DNA of 64,000 bases from Alphaproteobacteria bacterium (GTDB taxonomy: Bacteria > Pseudomonadota > Alphaproteobacteria > RF32 > CAG-239), in the NCBI GenBank assembly GCA_017444525.1, contig JAFSWL010000014.1, forward strand, positions 2,420-66,419, written 5' to 3'. A model generated the notes under the pieces. The model was not told the DNA's origin, made no database searches, and worked only from the letters and a program-made list of their open reading frames with translations. The position numbers and the translations under genes were made by a program. Shown piece after piece: positions 53,614-63,236 of this stretch. How positions within the stretch are numbered: the first letter of the stretch is position 1; the number at the start of each line of letters is the position of its first letter.

Positions 53614-54993
53614 CTAATTAAACCAATTTATCAAGCGCTGAACATGACCTATTTCATAGCATGATAAATCATAATTTTTTAAGCCTTTTTCTTTTTTATC
53701 CTTACCGAACACCGGAGGAACAATAGCACTGATGAAACCAAGCTTTTGTGCTTCTTTCAAGCGAAGGTTTGCTTGTGTTACCGAGCGTATTTCACCTGAA
53801 AGCCCGATTTCGCCGAAAGCCACCATATCTGCGGGCAACGGCTTTTTCGTCAGCGAAGAAATTACCGCCATGGCTACCGCCAAGTCGGCTGCCGGCTCGC
53901 TTATTTTCAAGCCGCCGGCAATATTCAAATACACATCATGAGCACTAAAGTTTATACTGCAACGTGCCTCCAAAACAGCCAATATCATAGATAAGCGGTT
54001 AGAATCCCAACCGACCACAGCACGTTTTGGTGTTGAATACCCGCTAGGGCTGACTAAAGCCTGCACTTCTACCAAAAGCGGACGCGATCCTTCTATTCCG
54101 GCAAACACACATGAACCAGAGATATTTCCTTGACGCTCGGCTAAAAACAACGCTGACGGATTCTCCACCTCAACCAGCCCTTTATCCTGCATCTCGAATA
54201 CGCCGATTTCGTCTGTTGCGCCATAGCGATTTTTAACTGCGCGCAAAATTCTGAAATGGTGCCCACGCTCACCTTCGAAATAAAGCACTGTATCAACCAT
54301 ATGCTCCAACACACGTGGACCGGCGATTTCTCCTTGTTTGGTTACATGTCCTACCAAAAACAGAACAAATCCTTTACGCTTTGCAAGTTTAATCAGTTCA
54401 TATGCGCTGGCACGCACTTGTCCGACGCTTCCCGGTGTAGATTCAACCTCATCCAAATACATGGTTTGAATAGAATCGATTATGACCACTTTGGCTTCCG
54501 TTTTTTCAAGCGTTGTTACAATATTGCGTACATCGGTTGCACTGGCAAGATTAACCGGACTTTCTGCTAACCCTAAGCGATTAGCTCTGATACGTACCTG
54601 ATCGATAGCTTCTTCGCCGGAAATATAATAACAAGAATATTTTTCCGCAGATGCGGCTAAACCGGCGCAGACTTGTAACAGCAATGTGGATTTACCTATA
54701 CCGGGATCTCCGCCCACCAAAATAACCGAACCAGGCACCAATCCTCCTCCGGTTACCCGATCAATTTCCTTAATACCGGTTTGCAATCTGCTGTAAGTCT
54801 GCATCGTTCCTTTAAGCGGCACAAAATCGATAATATGCCCTTCTTTTTTGGAATTTATTTTTGAATATCCATCTGCTTGCAAGTTTTCTTCGACAATACA
54901 ATTCCACTCGCCGCAAGCATCACATTTTCCTTGCCATTTGGAATAAGTGCTACCACAATTCTGACATACGAATGTTGTTGTTTTTTTAATCAT
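53614..54993 (-). CDS. radA: DNA repair protein RadA/Sms
   Basis: Zinc finger CQNCGSTYSKWQGKCDACGEW, Walker A GDPGIGKST, KNRYG motif, and a Lon-like C-terminal domain. Confidence 0.9.
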   Translation of the reverse strand: MIKKTTTFVCQNCGSTYSKWQGKCDACGEWNCIVEENLQADGYSKINSKKEGHIIDFVPLKGTMQTYSRLQTGIKEIDRVTGGGLVPGSVILVGGDPGIGKSTLLLQVCAGLAASAEKYSCYYISGEEAIDQVRIRANRLGLAESPVNLASATDVRNIVTTLEKTEAKVVIIDSIQTMYLDEVESTPGSVGQVRASAYELIKLAKRKGFVLFLVGHVTKQGEIAGPRVLEHMVDTVLYFEGERGHHFRILRAVKNRYGATDEIGVFEMQDKGLVEVENPSALFLAERQGNISGSCVFAGIEGSRPLLVEVQALVSPSGYSTPKRAVVGWDSNRLSMILAVLEARCSINFSAHDVYLNIAGGLKISEPAADLAVAMAVISSLTKKPLPADMVAFGEIGLSGEIRSVTQANLRLKEAQKLGFISAIVPPVFGKDKKEKGLKNYDLSCYEIGHVQRLINWFN

Positions 54994-54996
54994 TGC

Positions 54997-55749
54997 CTAA
55001 ATTTCCACTTTTATAGGTCCTTGCGAACTGCCCGATACAAATTGTTTCAAATACGGATTATCGGTTTTATCCATTTCTTCAACCGATCCTATCCAGATAA
55101 TTTTGCCCTGATACAACATAGCGATTCTATCGGCTATCTTTCGCGCCGAAGCCATATCATGAGTAATGGTAAAAGTTGTAGCTCCCAAACCTTTTGCTGA
55201 TTCAATTATCAAATCATTTATAACATCAGCCATAATTGGATCTAAACCTGTTGTCGGTTCATCAAAAAAGATTATTTCCGGCTTATTTATAATAGCTCTG
55301 GCCAATCCAACACGCTTCTGCATACCGCCTGAAAGTTCGGCAGGAGACAAATCCGCCACGTCCGGAGTAAGCCCAACTTGCCGCAACACATTAATTGCTT
55401 CAGTTTTTGCATCATTGCGCGACAACTTACCGTTTTCCAATAACACAAAAGCAACATTTTCCCAAACACTCAAACTGTCAAATAACGCGGCTCCCTGAAA
55501 CAGCATCCCCATTTTTTCATGAATATTTTTATTGTTATCTACGGTTTCTATGCCATCAATTTTAATTGATCCATCATCTGGCGCTAACAAACCCTGAATA
55601 CATTTAATCAAAACTGATTTTCCGGTACCTGAACCGCCTATAACCACTAACGATTCACCTTCCTTAACATCTAAATCGACACCGTTCAGAACACATTTTT
55701 TACCAAAAGTTTTATGTAAATTCCTGATTTCAATTTTATTATCCGCCAT
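54997..55749 (-). CDS. mlaF: ABC transporter ATP-binding protein, MlaF-like
   Basis: Walker A GGSGTGKS, signature LSGGMQKR, and Walker B IIFFDEP. Adjacent to an MlaE-type permease. Confidence 0.8.
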   Translation of the reverse strand: MADNKIEIRNLHKTFGKKCVLNGVDLDVKEGESLVVIGGSGTGKSVLIKCIQGLLAPDDGSIKIDGIETVDNNKNIHEKMGMLFQGAALFDSLSVWENVAFVLLENGKLSRNDAKTEAINVLRQVGLTPDVADLSPAELSGGMQKRVGLARAIINKPEIIFFDEPTTGLDPIMADVINDLIIESAKGLGATTFTITHDMASARKIADRIAMLYQGKIIWIGSVEEMDKTDNPYLKQFVSGSSQGPIKVEI

Positions 55750-55758
55750 CGTCCTCTC

Positions 55759-56550
55759 CTACCTTGAAAAGAATATTTCCGTAATCAGATAATTTAAGAT
55801 AAGAATCAAAATGGATGAAGTAACTACCGAATTTGTTGTTGCTTCTCCTACACCTTGAGCTCCACCTTTGGAACGATAACCATGATAACATCCCATGATT
55901 GATATAACAAAGCCGAACACCGCAGCCTTAACTATACCCATCACAATCGCTACCGAAGTCAGATTATTCATAGTGTTATTAATATAATTGGCCGGATTGA
56001 AACCAAGCTTATATACGCCGACCAAATATCCGCCGAAAATACCGATAATATCACCGAACAAAACCAATAAAGGCATCACCAATACGGCGGCCCAAACTCG
56101 TGGAGCAATCAGATATCTGAATGGATTCGCTGACAGTGTTATCAATGCATCAATCTGCTCGGTTACGCGCATAGTACCTATTTCAGCAGCCATAGCAGCA
56201 CCTATTCTGCCGGCAACCATTAAGGCAGATAACACTGGAGCCAACTCTCTGGTAACTGAAATCAATACCACCCCTGCCACTACGCTCTCAGCCCCATATT
56301 CGGAGATACCTGAATAAGTCTGCAAAGCTATGACCATACCTGCAAACAATGTCGTTAAACCGACTACCGGCAAAGAATAAAAACCGATATTCAAGAACTG
56401 TCTACCGAACAATTTTATATAAAAAGGCGGCATAAAGCAATTATACACCGACTTAACGATGAATTGCGTCAAATAACCGAGATTAATAATAAACCCGACC
56501 GGAGCCTTACCTAAAGCCTGTAAAAATTTTTCTAGTTTTTGTTTCAGCAT
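55759..56550 (-). CDS. mlaE: MlaE/YrbE-family ABC permease
   Basis: TRELAPVLSALMVAGRIGAAMAAEIGTMRVTEQIDAL is the MlaE signature. I prefer the start at ATG 56550 (MLKQKL); the track start at 56592 overlaps hprK. Confidence 0.8.
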   Translation of the reverse strand: MLKQKLEKFLQALGKAPVGFIINLGYLTQFIVKSVYNCFMPPFYIKLFGRQFLNIGFYSLPVVGLTTLFAGMVIALQTYSGISEYGAESVVAGVVLISVTRELAPVLSALMVAGRIGAAMAAEIGTMRVTEQIDALITLSANPFRYLIAPRVWAAVLVMPLLVLFGDIIGIFGGYLVGVYKLGFNPANYINNTMNNLTSVAIVMGIVKAAVFGFVISIMGCYHGYRSKGGAQGVGEATTNSVVTSSILILILNYLITEIFFSR

Positions 56551-56563
56551 TCTGCTTTCTTTT

Positions 56564-56998
56564 TTACTCCTTACTACTTTGCCGTAGCGCAACCACTATT
56601 TTATCCGGCGCTGAATTTTCTTTAGCATACAAATCTATTTTTTTAATTTCAAGTCCTAAAATCGATTCTTTTTGCATCAAAGGTAATCTTTCTATATTTT
56701 CCGGAATGTCGGATAGATGTACTGATAAATTAATTTCTACTTTATCAACATATGGAAAATCGACAATTCCGATGCCACGAACTTCCAATTTGCCGCATAT
56801 ATTATCCACGGCAAATCCATATATTGAATCACCCGATTTTCTAAGCCTGACCACATCATCTGCAACCAATTTTGCTCCTTTATTTTCAATCAGTCGCAAT
56901 GCCAAATCGGACTTACCGCTACCGCTGCTCCCTAACAGTAAAACCCCTTTACCGTCAAGCTCAACCAACGTTGCGTGCACATAATTATTATCCGGCAT
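56564..56998 (-). CDS. hprK: HPr kinase/phosphorylase C-terminal-domain-only protein (alphaproteobacterial type)
   Basis: 144 aa. P-loop GVLLLGSSGSGKSDLALRLI, LVADDVV and LEVRGIGIV match the HprK catalytic domain. The N-terminal domain is absent. Confidence 0.7.
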   Translation of the reverse strand: MPDNNYVHATLVELDGKGVLLLGSSGSGKSDLALRLIENKGAKLVADDVVRLRKSGDSIYGFAVDNICGKLEVRGIGIVDFPYVDKVEINLSVHLSDIPENIERLPLMQKESILGLEIKKIDLYAKENSAPDKIVVALRQSSKE

Positions 56999-57440
56999 TT
57001 TTTAATCTTTCCATTTTGGAGGAATCGTCAGATGATATGCGTATTATCCGTCGATTCTCTGCTGCTGTTATATCTACAACCCACATATTACGCGGTGTAA
57101 GCGTTCCCATTTTTTCCGGCCATTCCACTAAACTGACACCGGAATAAAACGCTTCTTCAACGCCCAATTCAAAAATTTCATCAGCTCTTTTCAATCTGTA
57201 TAAATCATAATGATATATATCAAATTCCGGAGCCACATACATTTGAACCAGAGTAAACGTCGGGCTCGGCACTTCTTTTGCATTTGTAAGTTGCTGTATA
57301 AAAGCTCTGGCAAACACACTTTTACCCATCCCCAACGTACCACGGAGTGCCCAAATATCTCCTTTTTTTGTGATTGCTGATAAGCGTTTGGCAATTTCTG
57401 CCGTTTCTTGCTCCGATTCAGAATAAAATACATTTTGCAT
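56988..57440 (-). CDS. tsaE: tRNA t6A biosynthesis ATPase TsaE
   Basis: 150 aa. GTLGMGKSVFARAFI P-loop, PSPTFTLV and HYDLYRL motifs. Confidence 0.8.
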   Translation of the reverse strand: MQNVFYSESEQETAEIAKRLSAITKKGDIWALRGTLGMGKSVFARAFIQQLTNAKEVPSPTFTLVQMYVAPEFDIYHYDLYRLKRADEIFELGVEEAFYSGVSLVEWPEKMGTLTPRNMWVVDITAAENRRIIRISSDDSSKMERLKNAG

Positions 57441-58496
57441 CTAAAACAATCCCCAAAAATTAAATTTTTCATCGGTTTCCGATTTAGCTTTTACCTTTTT
57501 GCGTTTCGGAAAATTAATTTTCACCTTTAATTTACGATTTTGCAGCTTTCTCCAATCCCACGGTTTATAAAAAGTTCCGTTCCACAAACCGCGATGCGCT
57601 GCTGCAGCCTGCCGTTCGTATGGTACATAAATATCTGTTACACGCGTATACGCTACCGCCCAACCGGCATTTACCACTACTGCTGCCACATCATATTGAT
57701 TATTATCGGTAAAACAACTACCGGTAGCCCATCCTTGCTCAATTTTACTTAAAATATGACAGCTTACTTCTTTACTGTTAAGCCATTCCTGCAGCCAATT
57801 CTGCGCTTGTTTACCGCAATTATAGCTTTGTTGAAAGCGATTCGCACATGTCTGAGTTACATCCGGAGCATCGATCCCCAAAAGTTTTATTTTTACACCT
57901 TCCAAATACAAGATACTACCGCTTAAAGCCTGCGGATATCCCTTAATTTCCGGATATTCTAACGGATTAAATATTTTTGACACTTCTTTGTTTGTTCCTT
58001 CTGTTGTTCCAAACATCAATGTCTTTAATTTACCAACCAGTCCACCGTTATCCGCTCCGTTTACCGCTATACTGTCATCATGCTCGTCTTCAAACATAGC
58101 ACTTGTCAATATATCGGCATCTTCCACCTTATCATCATGTGTAAGTTTAGAAACCGGTGAAACTGACTTTCCCGACAAAAATGATTGCAAGGTATTTCCG
58201 TCAAACAAACCGATACTGTATGCACAAAACCATACCACACCGGCACAAAGAATTAACTTCATATATTGACTCAACGGTCCCCATATTAATTTCAGCACCA
58301 AATACAAGCAAACCAACGCGGCCACTATGGAAAGAAAGCCCATTCCTTGTAAAAAATTACTGCCGCTTTGCGTCATACTGCCACCGAAATACATCGCTGC
58401 CAGAAAAAATCCCCACATAATCGTCTTTTTTAATAAAGGCATCCTTTTCCCCTGTGTATTATATGCGATTACAGCACATATTTTCCCGATTTGCAA
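57441..58496 (-). CDS. membrane-anchored thermonuclease (SNase)-family protein
   Basis: 3-4 N-terminal TMs and an acidic linker. C-terminal SNase-like KLLGIDAPD...YNCGKQAQ...AVAYTRV...ERQAAAAHRGLWNGTFYKPWDWR. The start may be at 58442 (MPLLKK). Confidence 0.65.
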   Translation of the reverse strand: MQIGKICAVIAYNTQGKRMPLLKKTIMWGFFLAAMYFGGSMTQSGSNFLQGMGFLSIVAALVCLYLVLKLIWGPLSQYMKLILCAGVVWFCAYSIGLFDGNTLQSFLSGKSVSPVSKLTHDDKVEDADILTSAMFEDEHDDSIAVNGADNGGLVGKLKTLMFGTTEGTNKEVSKIFNPLEYPEIKGYPQALSGSILYLEGVKIKLLGIDAPDVTQTCANRFQQSYNCGKQAQNWLQEWLNSKEVSCHILSKIEQGWATGSCFTDNNQYDVAAVVVNAGWAVAYTRVTDIYVPYERQAAAAHRGLWNGTFYKPWDWRKLQNRKLKVKINFPKRKKVKAKSETDEKFNFWGLF

Positions 58497-58497
58497 G

Positions 58498-60264
58498 TTA
58501 TTTATATAAATCCGGAAGCGGAGCGACTTTATCAGTTGCCTTTGACTTTTGTTGTTTTTTTACATACTTAAGAATAATTTCGGCATTAATCGGAACATTG
58601 CTTCCTGCATAAAGATTTTGATTCAACAATCTCATTTGTTCGGTAAATTCTGGGGCTTTAACCTGTTCTGCCAAATCATTTAAATTATTGATACAATTAT
58701 TTTTAAACATCTTTTCTCCCCAATGCATCAAACTGTCTCGTAATGCTCTGTAGTCTGCACTGCGTAAATTGCGGGTAATCGCACTCATGCTGTCATCACT
58801 CGCGCGCTCCCCGTTATTAACTATCCGATGTCGAAAAAACAAGTAATTACATATAATTCCACATAAAAAGGCGCATATGATCATCAAAATAATCAACCGT
58901 AAATCTGAATTACCACTTTTTTTATCGGTATGTATTTCTGTTATTTTTTCCGAAGCTACCGGAATTGCATCTGACGCACCGGTTGCTGACCGTGCCACTG
59001 AAGCCACATCGTTAATCATTCCGCCGACATACATTTTCTCCGCTGGAATTATTGCATTCTCAATTTGATGAGTTTTAACATTATACCAGTGCAATTTTAT
59101 TTCCGGAATGATTTGCTCCCCACCGCGCTGCGGAATATATACCACTCTCGTAACCGCAGTCGAACGCAATTCTCTGCCTTGTTCAACAGTTACTGTAACC
59201 GGATTCTCCGGATATTGTTTCCACGCCTCATTTTGTGCAAATTCCAATATCGGTAACTGACTTTCATCAACACCTGTTGCTGATAATGTTATTTCACGCG
59301 TAACTGCTTCCCCAACCTTAAATACCGGACGTTCATCGCTCCAACGGGCACTCAAAGAAACCGTTGTCGCCGGCAACCACCAATCATTACCGTAATCTTC
59401 CGGTATTGGTTTGACTTTCATCTCAATCGGTTTTGTTCGCATCATAATCGGTTTTTGCTGACTGGTTAAATCGGTTATATCAAAACCTATATCCAAAAAG
59501 CGGAAAAAGCCGTTAACAGACTTTGTTGTCTGATTCTGACTACGCTCGATATAATACCCTTTAACTTGCACTGCAGGTAACATTAAACGACCGCTTTTCT
59601 GCGGAAACATGGCATATCTGATTTTAATAATTCGCTGACCGTTTTTATCTGTAATCTCCGGTTTTCCTATCTGTTTGATTTTCCAATCATCGGCATTAAT
59701 AAAAAACGGATCTTCCGTAAATTGAATATTCTTACTGTCATAAATGACCAGCGTCGTATTTACTTCTTGCTGTAAATAAGGATTTTTTATATCTGCCGAC
59801 ATTTCCATCCAAAAATCAGCATTCGCAGATGTTACGTCTGTATTATCAGCAACGATTTTCGCTGCATTTTGCGATGTTTTCTTAACCGTAGGCACTCCTG
59901 TTGGCAAAACCTCGATATTTAGCTGTGCGGTTGAATATTGGCCTGCCGAAATAGCCGGAATAACCATTGTTCCCTCTTTTTGCGGCATCAAAACCAAAGT
60001 CCACACTCGTTTTTGTTGTCCGACACCGTTTACATATTGTACCTGCATGGAAGAAGAAGTTGAATAAACGATAAAATCATTGCCGAGAACATCAAATTTC
60101 GGCTGTATTAAACCGGCATCCTGCCCCTCGTAACTGACTTCCAATCTCACCGTATCACCGAACTGAATCTGCTGCGGTTCTACTTTTGCCGAAAGCTGTC
60201 CGGCTAAGCTCTCTGCAGACCATAACATCACTGTAACCACACAAAATATTACTCTTTGAAACAT
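58498..60264 (-). CDS. batD: BatD-like protein
   Basis: Signal peptide, a large beta-rich periplasmic part, and one C-terminal TM (LRLIILMIICAFLCGIICNYLFF). Sits directly after batC in a Bat operon. Confidence 0.6.
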   Translation of the reverse strand: MFQRVIFCVVTVMLWSAESLAGQLSAKVEPQQIQFGDTVRLEVSYEGQDAGLIQPKFDVLGNDFIVYSTSSSMQVQYVNGVGQQKRVWTLVLMPQKEGTMVIPAISAGQYSTAQLNIEVLPTGVPTVKKTSQNAAKIVADNTDVTSANADFWMEMSADIKNPYLQQEVNTTLVIYDSKNIQFTEDPFFINADDWKIKQIGKPEITDKNGQRIIKIRYAMFPQKSGRLMLPAVQVKGYYIERSQNQTTKSVNGFFRFLDIGFDITDLTSQQKPIMMRTKPIEMKVKPIPEDYGNDWWLPATTVSLSARWSDERPVFKVGEAVTREITLSATGVDESQLPILEFAQNEAWKQYPENPVTVTVEQGRELRSTAVTRVVYIPQRGGEQIIPEIKLHWYNVKTHQIENAIIPAEKMYVGGMINDVASVARSATGASDAIPVASEKITEIHTDKKSGNSDLRLIILMIICAFLCGIICNYLFFRHRIVNNGERASDDSMSAITRNLRSADYRALRDSLMHWGEKMFKNNCINNLNDLAEQVKAPEFTEQMRLLNQNLYAGSNVPINAEIILKYVKKQQKSKATDKVAPLPDLYK

Positions 60265-60271
60265 TTTTCCC

Positions 60272-61453
60272 TCATTTGTCTCTATATCTGTTTTTACTGT
60301 ATTCTTTAGCTATCAAAGCGCGTAACAAGCCGCCGTTATCCTCCGGAATATCTCTAAATTTTTGCACTCTTGCGCGTATTTTCTCGGAATCATTTACATC
60401 TTTATCTCCGTTTTGAATTTGCACTTCCTCCGCTTCATGACCGCGTTCATCGGGATTACCGGATTGAACTGAAGATTCTGATTTGGTTTGCCTATCTCCG
60501 ATATTTTCATTTTCCGAATTTTTATCATTGCCGTTTTGCTTTGAATCATCAGATTTTTCATTGAAATTGGCACCTTCTTGCAACTTTGATTGTCTATCGG
60601 CTGCATCTTTTCCGGCTTGTGTCTGTTCAGACTGCGGCTCACTACCATTTGCATCGGCAGATGGCTCGGCTTGTGATGCGGCGTCATCCGATTGTTGTTT
60701 ATCTTGATTTTGCCGTTCATTCCCCCCATTTTGTTGCCCGTTTTGTTCTTTTTCGGTTTTATTAGCATTATTTTGTTGCTTTTGCGCATTCTGAGATTGA
60801 TTATTTATTTGTTCTTCCGACTGTTCCTGTTTTTGTTGTTCGTTACCTTGATTATCCGATTGCTGCTGATTATCTTGAGACTTCTCATTTTCTCCGGATT
60901 TTTGTTGTTGCTGATTATCTTGTTTGTTATCCTGTTTTTGATTTTGCTTTTGGTTTTGATTTTGCCGCATTTTTTTCAGATACTCCAAATTAAATTCAGC
61001 ATCCTTAAATTGCGGATCACGTTTTAAAACTTTTTCATATTGGGCTATAGCTTCATCTATTTTGCCTGATTTAGCCAATGCGTTACCTTGATTATAAAGT
61101 GAGACTACATCATCTGATTTGGCAAATTCCCGATATGCTTGCTGATAATCACCGTTTTTATATGCAGCAGCTCCGCGCCATTTTATATCATCAAAAGTCT
61201 GAGCTGCCTTATCATATTGCTTGTTATTGAAATATTGCATTGCCTCCTGATTATTATTCAAGAACCAGCCAGCATGAGTCTGTGTCGCGACCAAACAAAA
61301 TAAAAGAACCAAAATCACTCCGCGGCGATAATAATAAAGCAACAACAATGCCGGCAACCAAAACAAATAGTACCCCATATCAACCCATGTCGATTGTGTA
61401 TTTTTACTTTCATTTAATTGCTTGGCATACAAATTATTGATTTTATTGCTCAA
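60272..61453 (-). CDS. batC: BatC-like TPR protein with a long Q/N/E-rich low-complexity tail
   Basis: TM segments and TPR units (YNQGNALAKSGKIDEAIAQYEKVLKRDPQF). Position between the batB-like and batD-like genes. Confidence 0.55.
   Translation of the reverse strand: MSNKINNLYAKQLNESKNTQSTWVDMGYYLFWLPALLLLYYYRRGVILVLLFCLVATQTHAGWFLNNNQEAMQYFNNKQYDKAAQTFDDIKWRGAAAYKNGDYQQAYREFAKSDDVVSLYNQGNALAKSGKIDEAIAQYEKVLKRDPQFKDAEFNLEYLKKMRQNQNQKQNQKQDNKQDNQQQQKSGENEKSQDNQQQSDNQGNEQQKQEQSEEQINNQSQNAQKQQNNANKTEKEQNGQQNGGNERQNQDKQQSDDAASQAEPSADANGSEPQSEQTQAGKDAADRQSKLQEGANFNEKSDDSKQNGNDKNSENENIGDRQTKSESSVQSGNPDERGHEAEEVQIQNGDKDVNDSEKIRARVQKFRDIPEDNGGLLRALIAKEYSKNRYRDK
60391..60967 (-). repeat. low-complexity Q/N/K/E-rich coding region (aa ~163-355 of BatC-like)
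   Basis: QNQNQKQNQKQDNKQDNQQQQ... The plus strand shows runs of ttttg/ttgtt. It generates the spurious antisense ORF at 60692-61027. Confidence 0.7.
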
Positions 61454-61471
61454 TTGTTGATAATTATGATT

Positions 61472-62227
61472 CTAATTTAAATAAATACCATGTCCTTTCT
61501 GTGCCACCATTTGCAGTTTCTCATTTGGTTGCGCACTTACTTTTATTATGTTTACATCAAATCCCTTATCATGAGCTGCGGCAGCACTCTCCAATGCCGC
61601 GTCGAAATGCTCGCCTACATCTGACGCAAGCACAATTATATTTCCGGTATTATATCCGGTATTTTTCATACGTTCTGCCGCCATATCAATAGCTCTGTCC
61701 AAGCGATCACCATTCGCGGGCATAATATCATACGTTATCGCCGGTAACAGATTGTCAATCAATGCCGTATCTTCCGTCAGCGGAGAAATAATAAACGGCT
61801 CATCACTATATACCTCAAATCCGATTTCGGTGGAGCGCAGTGTTTGAATAAAATCTTTGATAATATACCGTGCCCGTGTCAATCTATCCGGAGCAACATC
61901 TTTACTCTTCATATCCGAAGACATATTCAACAAAATCATCACCGGATTATCCGTTCTGAGTGTCGGAGTAGTTTTTTTTATCCACGTTGGTCCCGCTAAA
62001 GCAATAATGGCCGATACCATAAACAAAACCGCAATCATATACGAAAGGCGACGTTGTCTGTTATCTCCTTTAATCAATAAGTAATTAAGCAAATGTTCAT
62101 CACAAACTTCAGCCCAAGAAGATTGTACACGCTCATTGCGGCACATAAACCACCCCCATAAAAACGGGATAACCAGCCCCAATAACCACCACGGACGCAA
62201 AAAATGAAAATCCTGCAACCACTCCAT
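61472..62227 (-). CDS. batB: BatB-like vWA-domain membrane protein (degenerate MIDAS)
   Basis: N-terminal FHFLRPWWLLGLVIP (Bat N-terminal motif) and a second TM. vWA fold with LLNMSSDM where DxSxS is expected. Confidence 0.6.
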   Translation of the reverse strand: MEWLQDFHFLRPWWLLGLVIPFLWGWFMCRNERVQSSWAEVCDEHLLNYLLIKGDNRQRRLSYMIAVLFMVSAIIALAGPTWIKKTTPTLRTDNPVMILLNMSSDMKSKDVAPDRLTRARYIIKDFIQTLRSTEIGFEVYSDEPFIISPLTEDTALIDNLLPAITYDIMPANGDRLDRAIDMAAERMKNTGYNTGNIIVLASDVGEHFDAALESAAAAHDKGFDVNIIKVSAQPNEKLQMVAQKGHGIYLN

Positions 62228-62231
62228 TTTT

Positions 62232-63236
62232 TTATTTACTCCTTATCCACGCTAACACTGCCAAAAACAATAAAAGTGCCAATGCAGCCGGATAATAAAA
62301 CAGATCTTTGGTTTGCTGCACAATGTTTCCTTCATGCTTCTGTGTTTCCAATCTATTTATTTCGCCATATATTTGCTGCAAAGCATTAACATTTTTTGCT
62401 CTGTAATATGTACCTTTTGTAGTTTCAGCCAATTGACGCAGATTTTTTTCATCAAGTCCGCTGTCTGCCGGAACACTGAACAATCCGCCGAAAAGACTTA
62501 ATGTATCACTGCCTACTCCGATGGTATAAAATTTAACATTTTCTTCCTGAGCCAGTTTTATTGCTTGCGGAAAAGAAATGCTTCCATCGTTGTTTTCACC
62601 ATCAGTCAAAAGAATAATCACTTTATTTTCCGCCTTATCATCATTGAGTGCCAAATTTTTTAAAGCCACGCCGATGGCATCTCCGATAGAGGTAGAAGCC
62701 CCTGCCATACCAGGTTCAATAGCTAATAAAGTCTCTTTTAAGGATTTTTTATCATACGTCAAAGGTACTTGCATATAAGCTCTGGTACCGAACACCACCA
62801 ACCCAATGCGATCATCGCTACGCTCATCGACAAAATCCGCCACCACTTGCTTTACTACGGACATTCGATCATAAAGTCTTCCATTATAAGCAAAATCACG
62901 CTCCATCATAGATTTTGAAACATCAACAATCAACATAATATCTCGCGATTCGTGATGTATTTTTTGCGGTTCTCCCACCCATTGCGGCCGGCATAAAGCA
63001 AATGTTATCAATATCCATAAAAGCAGCATAAACAAAAGTTTAACAAATGAATTCTGTACTTTTGTTTTATTTTTAGTATGTCCAGATAAATTATCATTTT
63101 TTATAGCCATAATATCTTTAACAAACGGGACCTGCAGTGCATCTCCATACATTTTGGCGGCATCCGGAAAAATATAAAATATAAAAACCGGAAGCAATAA
63201 TAGCCATGCGGCACTCGGATTGGCAAAAACAATCAT
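62232..63236 (-). CDS. batA: BatA-like vWA-domain membrane protein
   Basis: MIVFANPSAAWLLLLPVF N-terminus, MIDAS motif IVDVSKSM plus LLTDGENN, and a C-terminal TM. ATG 63236 overlaps the upstream TGA (ATGA); the track start is at 63254. Confidence 0.75.
   Translation of the reverse strand: MIVFANPSAAWLLLLPVFIFYIFPDAAKMYGDALQVPFVKDIMAIKNDNLSGHTKNKTKVQNSFVKLLFMLLLWILITFALCRPQWVGEPQKIHHESRDIMLIVDVSKSMMERDFAYNGRLYDRMSVVKQVVADFVDERSDDRIGLVVFGTRAYMQVPLTYDKKSLKETLLAIEPGMAGASTSIGDAIGVALKNLALNDDKAENKVIILLTDGENNDGSISFPQAIKLAQEENVKFYTIGVGSDTLSLFGGLFSVPADSGLDEKNLRQLAETTKGTYYRAKNVNALQQIYGEINRLETQKHEGNIVQQTKDLFYYPAALALLLFLAVLAWIRSK

Noticed and set aside
60692-61027. A 111-aa plus-strand ORF made almost entirely of L/I/F.
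   Set aside because: It is the reverse complement of the Q/N/K-rich low-complexity tail of the BatC-like gene, so it is a compositional artefact.
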